Translations under genes and position numbers: made by a program
Shown: positions 56,920-64,000 of the stretch, in pieces
Layout: each line of letters starts with the position of its first letter
Position numbering within the stretch: position 1 is the first letter of the stretch
Assembly (NCBI GenBank): GCA_964291625.2
Contig: OZ220090.1
Location: 992,001-1,056,000 of the forward strand
DNA length: 64,000 nucleotides
Reading direction: 5' to 3'
Source: Candidatus Latescibacterota bacterium
GTDB taxonomy: Bacteria > Latescibacterota > UBA2968 > UBA8231
The notes under the pieces: model-generated
The model's input: the letters and a program-made list of their open reading frames with translations, nothing else
What the model was told of the DNA's origin: nothing
Databases searched by the model: none

Positions 56920-58310
56920 GCCGGCTCGGCGTAGCTGACGCCGTGCTTCTTGAGTTTGTAGTCGAGGGTGGGGGTCTTCAAGCCGAGGATCTGCGCCGCC
57001 CGGGTCTTCACCCCCCGCGCTTCCTCCATGGCCCGGGTGATCAGCTCGCGCTCCAGCCGTTCCATCTGCTCGTTCAGGTGCCCGCCGCCGCCGTCGCCGT
57101 CGCCGGTCTCCACCGCCTCCCCCGTCCGGCCCATCGTCTCCAGGGGCAGGTCGGAGGGCTCGATCGCCTCGCCGTCGCTGAGGACGATGGTGCGCTCGAT
57201 GACGTTCTCCAGCTCGCGGACGTTGCCGGGCCAGCCGTAGTCGCAGAGGATCTCCAGGGCTTCGCCGGTCAGACGCCTGAGGGGCCGGTTGATTTCCCGC
57301 GACTTCTTCCTCAGGTAGTGGTCGACCAGCAGGGGGATGTCCTCCCGGCACTCGCGCAGGGGCGGCAGCTGGAGGGGGATCACCTCCAGCCGGTAGAACA
57401 GATCCTCGCGGAAGGTCTTCTGCTCGACCATCTCCTTCAGGGGGCGGTTGGTGGCCGCCACGACGCGCACGTCGGCGCGCAGGGTGCGCTCGCCGCCGAC
57501 GCGGTCGAACTCCCGGGCCTGGAGCACGCGCAGCAGACTCACCTGCAGCTCCGGCGACAGGTCGGCCACCTCGTCGAGGAAGATCGTCCCGCCCTCGGCC
57601 AGCTCGAACTTGCCCTTCTTCGTGCGCACGGCGCCGGTGAAGGCGCCGCGTTCGTGGCCGAAGAGCTCGCTCTCGGCCAGCTCCCGGGGCAGGGCGCCGC
57701 AGTTGACGCGCACGAAGGGCCCCTCCCGGCGCCGGCTGCCGCGGTGCAGGGCGCGGGCCACCAGTTCCTTGCCGGTGCCGCTCTCCCCGTAGATCATCAC
57801 CGAGGAGTCGGTGGCCCCCACGCGCTCCACCGCCGCCATCACCTGCCGCATCCGCCGCGAGTCGCCGACGATCTTCTCGTAGCGGTCGCCGATCTCCTCG
57901 CGCAGGTACTCGTTCTCCTCCTCCAGGCGGTCCCGCTCCCGGCGCGCCCGCCGGTTCTCCAGGACCGTGCCGACCTTCACGGGCAGCACCTTGTCGAGGT
58001 TGTCCTTGACCACGAAGTCGGCCGCCCCCCTCTGCATCGCCTGCACCGCCACCTCGATGCTGCCGTGGCCTGTGACCATGATCACGTCGGTCTCGGGGTA
58101 GAGCTCCTTCACCTTCGCCAGCAGCTCCAGCCCGTCCATGCCCTCCATGCGGTAGTCGGTGATCACCAGGTCGGCCTCGGACCGGCGCAGGCTCTCCAGG
58201 GCCTCGGCGCCGCTGCCGGCGGTGGCGGCCTCGTGGCCCATGCGGCCCAGGCGCAGGGCCCAGCCCTCGCGCAGGGGCTCGTAGTCGTCGACGAAGAGGA
58301 TGCGGTTCAC
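56916..58310 (-). CDS. Sigma-54-dependent response regulator (NtrC family)
   Basis: ILFVDD, ITDYRM, GESGTGKE, GAFTGA, FLDEV, WPGNVRELEN, Fis-type HTH. Confidence 0.96.
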   Translation of the reverse strand: MNRILFVDDYEPLREGWALRLGRMGHEAATAGSGAEALESLRRSEADLVITDYRMEGMDGLELLAKVKELYPETDVIMVTGHGSIEVAVQAMQRGAADFVVKDNLDKVLPVKVGTVLENRRARRERDRLEEENEYLREEIGDRYEKIVGDSRRMRQVMAAVERVGATDSSVMIYGESGTGKELVARALHRGSRRREGPFVRVNCGALPRELAESELFGHERGAFTGAVRTKKGKFELAEGGTIFLDEVADLSPELQVSLLRVLQAREFDRVGGERTLRADVRVVAATNRPLKEMVEQKTFREDLFYRLEVIPLQLPPLRECREDIPLLVDHYLRKKSREINRPLRRLTGEALEILCDYGWPGNVRELENVIERTIVLSDGEAIEPSDLPLETMGRTGEAVETGDGDGGGGHLNEQMERLERELITRAMEEARGVKTRAAQILGLKTPTLDYKLKKHGVSYAEPA

Positions 58311-59788
58311 GCGCCCACCTCCTCGGTCTCGGCCACGGGCACCGCCCCGGCGGCCGGCAGGACCAGGCGGAAGACCGAGCCGCGGCCGGGAGCGGACTCG
58401 ACCTCGACCCGGCCGGCGTTGGTCTCCGCCGCCTGCTGCACGATGGCCAGACCCAGGCCGGAGCCCTTCTCGCGGGTGGTGAAGAAGGGCTCGAAGAGGC
58501 GCTGCCGGACCTCCTCGGCCATCCCCGGGCCGGTGTCCTCCACCTCCAGGGCGACCTCGCCGGAGGCGCCCACGGCACGCACCGTCAGGGCCCCGCCCCC
58601 GGCCATGGCCTGCACCGCGTTCTTCATGAGGTTCACGACGGCGCGCTTCACCTGCTCGGGGTCGGCGTAGACCCGCGCCTCGGGAGAGACCTCGGTGCGG
58701 AAGGTGACGCCGGCGGCCTCCATCTCCGGCGACAGCAGGAAGCGGGCGTCGTCCACCAGCTGCGACAGCACCACCTCCCCGGGTTGGGGCGAGGGCGGCC
58801 GCGCGAAGTGGAGGAACTCGGAGATCACCAGGTTCATGGCGTGGACCTGGGCGATGACCTTGTGGATGTGCTCCCGCCGCGGGTCCTCGCCCGGCAGCTC
58901 GTCGGCGATGAGGCCGGCGTAGATCTCGATACCGCTCAAGGGGTTGCGGACCTCGTGGGCGACGCCGGCCAGCATCTGGCGCAGCTGGGCGTCGCGCTCC
59001 AGCAGCTTGCGGCGCATCTCCTCCATCGTCTGCCCGAGGTACCCGATCTCGTCGTGGGCCTCCACCTTCACCGCCCGGCGGAGGTTGCCGCGGCCGATCT
59101 CGCGCGCCGCCGTCACCAGGGTGTGGATGGGGCCGGTGATGTGACGGGCCACGGCGAGGCCCGCCAGGAAGGTCAGCAGGGTGCCGAAGCCGGCGAGGAG
59201 ATAGATGGAGCGCTTGAAGCCGAGGATGGAATCCATGTACCCGGCGCCGATGTCCACCCCCACGCCGGCGACGATCTTCCCCTTCCGGTCGTGGATCGGC
59301 GCGTAGCCCGTCATGTAGTGATCGCCCGTGCTCTCGTCGGTGAAGCGCGGCGTGTTCGCCGGCTCGCCCTCCCACATGGCCGCCACCTGGGGCTTGTGAA
59401 AGGCGAGGAGGTGGATCTCGCGGCCGATGCGCTTGCCCTCCTCCGTGTCGAGGAGGCTGCGGCCGCTGCGGTCGAAGACGTAGATGCGGCGCGCCCCCAG
59501 GGCCTCCCGGGTCTCGCCCATGCGCCTCCGGAGCAGCTGGTGCAGGAAGGTCCCCTCCATGCCCGGCTTCAGCTTGGTCACCTGGCCCCTCGCCAGCTCG
59601 GCGGCGATCATCTGCGACTCCACCTTCAGGTGCGAGGCGAGCTGGTTCTCGAGGCTGTCGAGGGCCTGCCGGTAGAGGACCCAGCCACTGCCTCCGAGGC
59701 CCGCCAGGGCCAGGGTGACGAAGATGAAGACCAGCCGCCGGCCGAGGGAGCCCTGGCCCCGGCGCGGATCCCCGGGCCCGCCCCTCAC
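58307..59788 (-). CDS. HAMP-domain sensor histidine kinase
   Basis: Two TMs around a Cache-like region, HAMP DEIG.L, AHEVRNPL, NAVQA, DTGPG, GSGLGL. Confidence 0.94.
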   Translation of the reverse strand: MRGGPGDPRRGQGSLGRRLVFIFVTLALAGLGGSGWVLYRQALDSLENQLASHLKVESQMIAAELARGQVTKLKPGMEGTFLHQLLRRRMGETREALGARRIYVFDRSGRSLLDTEEGKRIGREIHLLAFHKPQVAAMWEGEPANTPRFTDESTGDHYMTGYAPIHDRKGKIVAGVGVDIGAGYMDSILGFKRSIYLLAGFGTLLTFLAGLAVARHITGPIHTLVTAAREIGRGNLRRAVKVEAHDEIGYLGQTMEEMRRKLLERDAQLRQMLAGVAHEVRNPLSGIEIYAGLIADELPGEDPRREHIHKVIAQVHAMNLVISEFLHFARPPSPQPGEVVLSQLVDDARFLLSPEMEAAGVTFRTEVSPEARVYADPEQVKRAVVNLMKNAVQAMAGGGALTVRAVGASGEVALEVEDTGPGMAEEVRQRLFEPFFTTREKGSGLGLAIVQQAAETNAGRVEVESAPGRGSVFRLVLPAAGAVPVAETEEVGA

Positions 59789-61560
59789 AGTCCGATCCTC
59801 GACCGGAACTCCGGCCGGCCCGCGAGTCCGGGGCGCAGCCGGAAGAGGGCGCCGGCGCCCGGGCCTTCCGCCTCCCGGTCGTGGCCGCCGGCGGTGGTCA
59901 CGTAGAGCTCGTCGAGAGCGGGTCCCCCGAAGCCGGCGCTCGACACCTTGCGCGCCGGCAGCTCGATCCGCCGGTCCTCGCCGCCGTCGGGCCGGTAGCG
60001 GACCAGGCGGCCGCCGTTCCACAGGGCGCACCAGACCCCGCCCTCGGCGTCGACGGCGAGGCCGTCGGGGGCGCCATCGCCGCCGGAGAGGTCGGCGAAG
60101 ACGCCGCGGTCGGACAGCTCCCCGGTGGCGCGGTCGTAGGCGAACCTCCAGATGATGCCGGCCCTGGAGTCGACGAAGTACATCCGGCGCCCGTCGGGCG
60201 AGAACCCCATGCCGTTGGGCAGCCCCACGCCGTCGAGCAGCTCCGTCAGGGTGCCGTCGCGGTCGAGCCGGTAGAGCCGGCCGCCGCCGGCCGGGCCCGG
60301 CATGGTGCCGCAGAACACGCGCCCCTCGGGATCGGCGATGACGTCGTTGAAGCGTGAGCCGCGCTCCACGGGGATCTCCTCGACGACCGGGGACAGGGGC
60401 TGGTCCCGGCGCCAGACGGCGATGGCGCCGCGGGCCATGAACAGCAGCAGCGAGCCGTCGGCCTGCACCGTGAAGCCGCCGATGGGCTCGCCCTGAAAGA
60501 GCTGCTCGTGCGCCCCCGAGGCGGGATCGCAGCGGTAGAGGCGCCCCTCGGGGATGTCGACCCAGTAGAGGCGCTGCTCGTCTTCGTGCCAGAGAGGCCC
60601 CTCCCCCGTGCGGCAGCGGGTGTCGGCCACCCTCTCGGGTACGATGGCCGGGGCGGACGCCGGCGCCGGCAGCCGGCGCCTCTCCTCCTCCCAGGCCCGC
60701 CAGTAGCCCCGCAGGCGGCGGCGCAGGTGCTTCGGCCGCTCGGCGTAGACGCGCATCCCCAGGACGCGGGCCTCCTCCTGCAGCTCGTGGCGCCGTTGCG
60801 AGATCGGCCCGAGAAGCGCCTCCGCCTCCGGCTGGCCCTCCTCGCGCAGCACCCCGGCGAGGACGGCCAGGTCGTGATCGTCCCCCAGCAGCTCGCCGAG
60901 GCGGTCCAACTCGCCCCGCCAGGCGGACATCGCCGCCGGCCACAGCGGCTGCAGCAGGCGGCTGTGGTACCACAGGTACTTCACGCGCTTGCGCCACTCG
61001 TGGAGGCTCTCCACCGACGGGCGCCAGCTCGCCTCGCCGCCCTCGCGGCGGCCGCGGCGGTAGACGGCCAGCAGCCCGCCCCCCAGGCCGCTCCAGCCGG
61101 CGCCCTCCAGGGGCCAGTCGTCGACGCGCCCGCGGGCCTGGCGCAGGACCCCGGCACAGGCGCCGAGGACGGGCCCCCGCTCGCCGGCCCCGTAGGCCCG
61201 CCCCCGGCGGGCGGCCAGCCGCTCGCGGAGGGGGGTGTAGTGGGCCGCCCCGCCGTTGACGGGGCCCACCACCCGGTCGAGGGTGGCCACGAGCACGGTG
61301 GCGTCGCGCAGGCCGGCCAGCCGGCGGGCGGTGTCGCGGTAGGTCTCGTTCTCGCGCCGGTAGACCTCGCCGCCGAGGTCGGTGCGCACGAGTCGCACCA
61401 GGCCGCGCATGCACTTCATCGACTTGCGCGCCGAATGCACGTCGCCGTCGCGGTCGTCGGTGCCTTCGGTGAGTCGGAGGATGGACTGGTCGAGCTGCTC
61501 GCGGGCGATCCGCCGCACCCCGTCGGGGACGGATTCAGCCGGATCGAGACGGAAGGCCAT
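59785..61560 (-). CDS. CHAD domain - SMP-30/gluconolactonase fusion protein
   Basis: CHAD: VHSARKSMK, LRDA, LHEWRKRVKYLWY, LGDDHDL; SMP-30: GEGPLW, RFND, PNGMGFS, PDGLAVD. Confidence 0.85.
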   Translation of the reverse strand: MAFRLDPAESVPDGVRRIAREQLDQSILRLTEGTDDRDGDVHSARKSMKCMRGLVRLVRTDLGGEVYRRENETYRDTARRLAGLRDATVLVATLDRVVGPVNGGAAHYTPLRERLAARRGRAYGAGERGPVLGACAGVLRQARGRVDDWPLEGAGWSGLGGGLLAVYRRGRREGGEASWRPSVESLHEWRKRVKYLWYHSRLLQPLWPAAMSAWRGELDRLGELLGDDHDLAVLAGVLREEGQPEAEALLGPISQRRHELQEEARVLGMRVYAERPKHLRRRLRGYWRAWEEERRRLPAPASAPAIVPERVADTRCRTGEGPLWHEDEQRLYWVDIPEGRLYRCDPASGAHEQLFQGEPIGGFTVQADGSLLLFMARGAIAVWRRDQPLSPVVEEIPVERGSRFNDVIADPEGRVFCGTMPGPAGGGRLYRLDRDGTLTELLDGVGLPNGMGFSPDGRRMYFVDSRAGIIWRFAYDRATGELSDRGVFADLSGGDGAPDGLAVDAEGGVWCALWNGGRLVRYRPDGGEDRRIELPARKVSSAGFGGPALDELYVTTAGGHDREAEGPGAGALFRLRPGLAGRPEFRSRIGL

Positions 61561-61665
61561 GGCGCTGTCGAAGGTACCGGGGCCCTCTCGGAATGTCCAG
61601 CAGGGGACGATCCGCCGCAGGGGGGCCGACAGCGGTCGACCGAGTCCGCGGCCAGGGCGCCGTGC

Positions 61666-62958
61666 CTACCGGCCCGGGATCAGCTCCAGCAGGCGCCCGT
61701 CGCCGTCGGAGAGGATCAGCTTCAGCTCGCCGCCGGTCAGGTCGAGGGGCCTCACGGACCCGTCCGCACGCGACCGGTCGACCTCGGCCACGGCGACGCC
61801 CTCGGCAAAGGTGAGGGTCAGCTCGGCGGCCTTCATCGGGTCGCGGTTCACCACCATCAGGAAGCGGCGGCCGTCGGGCCCGTCGAAGAAGCCGAGCACC
61901 GCCGGCGCCCCCAGGCAACTGGTCAGACCGCCGTGGCCGTCGTGGATCCACGTCGTGCCCCGCGGCTGCGGGGAGGTGTGGAAGACCGCGGTGGAGGTCA
62001 GGGAGAGCAGGAGACGGCCCATGCCCTGGATCTCGCGGTTGATCCGCCTCGCCGTCTCGTACCAGGGGCCGCGGTTCCCCTTGCCGTCGATGAGGCCGTT
62101 CTCGCCCTCGGCCGGTCCGTAGGTGAAGTACTGCAACCCGCGGGCGCCGTAGGCCAGGCAGGAGTAGAGCTGGAAGCGCAGGTGTCCCTCGGTCGGCGTC
62201 GGGTAGGAGAACACGGGTGTGCTCAGCGTGAAGGCCCAGAACGGCACGCCGTGCTTCAGGGCCGCGGCGCGGATGATCTCCAGGTTCTCGTAGTACTCGG
62301 GGCGCACGCGGATGGCGTAGTCGGCCTCGCGGAACCGGTAGCCCTCGATACAGTAGTGGTCGTACATGAGGACCTCGGGCCGGAAGACCTCCATGTAGAG
62401 GTCGACGTACTCCTGGTAGTCGCGGGTGCCGATGTAGTTCTCCCGCTCGTTCACCGGCGCGTAGTTGGGGAAGAGGTTGACGTAGGCCCAGTGGCCGGGG
62501 TCCATGCGCGCCAGGAGCCGGCGGCTGTGGGCCAGGGCCGGGAAGCTGACCGCGTGGGGCTCGTCCTTGAGGACGTAGGCCGCGAAGGCGGGCTCCGCCG
62601 AGTAGAGGGCCGTGCGCTCCTTCAGACTCTCCACCAGCTCGTCCGCCTTCTCCGGCTTCTCCCCCCACTCCCAGTTCACCAGGCCGCCCAACAGCAGGCC
62701 GATGCCGTACCTCTCACCCAGGTCGAGGGTGCGCCGATACTCCTCGGCTGTTCCGTGGAAGGAGGGCAGGCACAGGTTGAACCCGGCCTCGGCGACGTCC
62801 CTCCAGACCTCGTCGGTGAGCAGCCCGCGGCCCGGGCCGTACCACGCAACCAGGGGGAAGGGCCGGTCGTCGGGCGGCTGCCACTTCCACCCCGGGACCG
62901 CCTCGCCGGCGGCGGCCGACGCGGCCAGCATCGACATCAGGACGGCGGCCCCCCGCAC
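61666..62958 (-). CDS. Secreted putative glycoside hydrolase (clan GH-A-like TIM barrel)
   Basis: Signal peptide, AGFN, YVLKDEP, YVNLFP, MYDHY, AYGARGLQYF. Confidence 0.65.
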   Translation of the reverse strand: MRGAAVLMSMLAASAAAGEAVPGWKWQPPDDRPFPLVAWYGPGRGLLTDEVWRDVAEAGFNLCLPSFHGTAEEYRRTLDLGERYGIGLLLGGLVNWEWGEKPEKADELVESLKERTALYSAEPAFAAYVLKDEPHAVSFPALAHSRRLLARMDPGHWAYVNLFPNYAPVNERENYIGTRDYQEYVDLYMEVFRPEVLMYDHYCIEGYRFREADYAIRVRPEYYENLEIIRAAALKHGVPFWAFTLSTPVFSYPTPTEGHLRFQLYSCLAYGARGLQYFTYGPAEGENGLIDGKGNRGPWYETARRINREIQGMGRLLLSLTSTAVFHTSPQPRGTTWIHDGHGGLTSCLGAPAVLGFFDGPDGRRFLMVVNRDPMKAAELTLTFAEGVAVAEVDRSRADGSVRPLDLTGGELKLILSDGDGRLLELIPGR

Positions 62959-62960
62959 CG

Positions 62961-64000
62961 TCAGCGGCTCGGACCCGCCGCCTCGGCCGCCCACGTATCC
63001 GCGACCTCGCCGCCGTCGACGACGGCATAGGAGCGCGCCAGGTTGGCCACCGGGCAGGAGTGGTTGGGCACGATCCGCAGGCGGCTGCCGAGGGGCAGGT
63101 AGGAGGAGCCGCGGGGGACGAAGCCGTGCTCCTCCGACAGCTTGGCCACGGTGAGGGGGCTCCTGCGGCCGGGGAAGTCGGCCAGGGTGTAGGCGGTGCC
63201 GTAGCCGGGGGCCCCTTGCAGGCCGTGGGCCCCCTGGTCGGAGGTCAGGCTCTTGGAGCCGGCGTCGGTGATGAAGTACTCGTCGTTGCGGCTGATGATG
63301 GTGGCCAGGACGGTGAGGGCCACCTGCTCGGGCTCGATCAGCCCCAGGCGCAGGGGCGTGTGGTCCATGAAGACGTAGTTGCCCGGCCGGATCTCGGTGA
63401 GGCCGGAGTACTCCTCCGCCGCCAGCACCGTGGGGGTGGAGCCCACGGAGAGCTCGGGTACGGGAAGCCCCTGCTGCACGAGGCGGTCGCGCACGGCCAG
63501 CAGGATGCGGCGCTCCTCCTCGGCGATGCGGACGACCTCCGCGGCGTCGGCGGCGCCGTAGGCGTGCCCGGCGTGCGAAAGCAGGCCGCACCAGCGCAGG
63601 TCCGGTCCGGCGTCGATGCGGCCGGCGAGGGCGGCGACGTCGGGGTCGTCCTCCCCCAGGCCGCAGCGGTGCAGGCCGACGTCGATCTTGACGAAGACCC
63701 CCGGCTCCCTGCGGTGCTCCCGGGCCCGGGACTCCAGCAGGTCCAGCCCCTCGCGGCTGTCGACGATCAGGCGCAGGTCCACCCCGAGGTCCCGGCACCC
63801 GGTCAGCAGGCGGTCGAGCTTGGCCGGCGTCATCAGCGGTTGCGCCAGGGTCACCGACGGGAAGCCGCCCCGGGCGAAGACCAGGGCCTCGTCGACCCGC
63901 GCCGCCGTGATCCCGCAGGCCCCCGCCGCCATCTGCAGCCGGCCGATCTCCAGGGACTTGTGGGTCTTGACGTGGGGCCTCAGACGCAGCCCGTGGCGCC
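62961..64000 (-). CDS. D-threonine aldolase / D-serine dehydratase (DSD1) family fold-III PLP enzyme, 5-prime end outside the window
   Basis: RPHVKTHK, HAGHAY, GSTPT, RPGNYVF, DAGSK, SEEHG, PNHSC. Confidence 0.92.
   Translation of the reverse strand, partial: RHGLRLRPHVKTHKSLEIGRLQMAAGACGITAARVDEALVFARGGFPSVTLAQPLMTPAKLDRLLTGCRDLGVDLRLIVDSREGLDLLESRAREHRREPGVFVKIDVGLHRCGLGEDDPDVAALAGRIDAGPDLRWCGLLSHAGHAYGAADAAEVVRIAEEERRILLAVRDRLVQQGLPVPELSVGSTPTVLAAEEYSGLTEIRPGNYVFMDHTPLRLGLIEPEQVALTVLATIISRNDEYFITDAGSKSLTSDQGAHGLQGAPGYGTAYTLADFPGRRSPLTVAKLSEEHGFVPRGSSYLPLGSRLRIVPNHSCPVANLARSYAVVDGGEVADTWAAEAAGPSR

Noticed and set aside
1881-63030. Many long antisense or alternate-frame ORFs (e.g. 4094..6739, 52290..55013, 60508..63030)
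   Set aside because: Shadow ORFs expected at high GC; they overlap well-supported genes and lack motifs

Overview
High-GC (visually about 70%) bacterial chromosomal segment, densely coding, with about 55 CDS and no rRNA, tRNA, CRISPR array, transposase or integrase that I can support. The gene content (several GHL10-like TIM-barrel proteins, Gfo/Idh/MocA oxidoreductases, a DUF6785-type polytopic membrane protein, a secreted protein with a C-terminal WGxxK motif) resembles Latescibacterota/Poribacteria-type genomes; this is an inference, not a classification. Housekeeping genes (hom-asd, ctaA, fdhD, yitJ-like methyltransferase-MTHFR, CCA-adding enzyme, stand-alone PurH cyclohydrolase domain, lpdA, rnhA) are mixed with carbohydrate/amine catabolic genes, a MacAB-type exporter with two adaptors and a sigma-54 two-component system. 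Three lower-GC accessory inserts stand out: an AAA_14/DUF4143 ATPase preceded by a 16-bp inverted repeat (6941-8339); a translationally coupled two-gene module of a small basic SPYHK/YHGYP protein and an ImmA/IrrE-like protein lacking its catalytic HExxH (12277-14054), the best candidate for an undescribed toxin-antitoxin or anti-phage system; and a defence island (41344-45698) with McrBC and two HATPase_c_4 genes that have lost their AlbA/Schlafen domains. Other oddities are a CHAD-SMP30 fusion, a membrane-anchored DksA/TraR-like zinc finger, and two active/degenerate paralogue pairs. Three genes carry apparent single-base deletions that look like assembly errors. All family assignments come from motif recognition by eye, not database searches.
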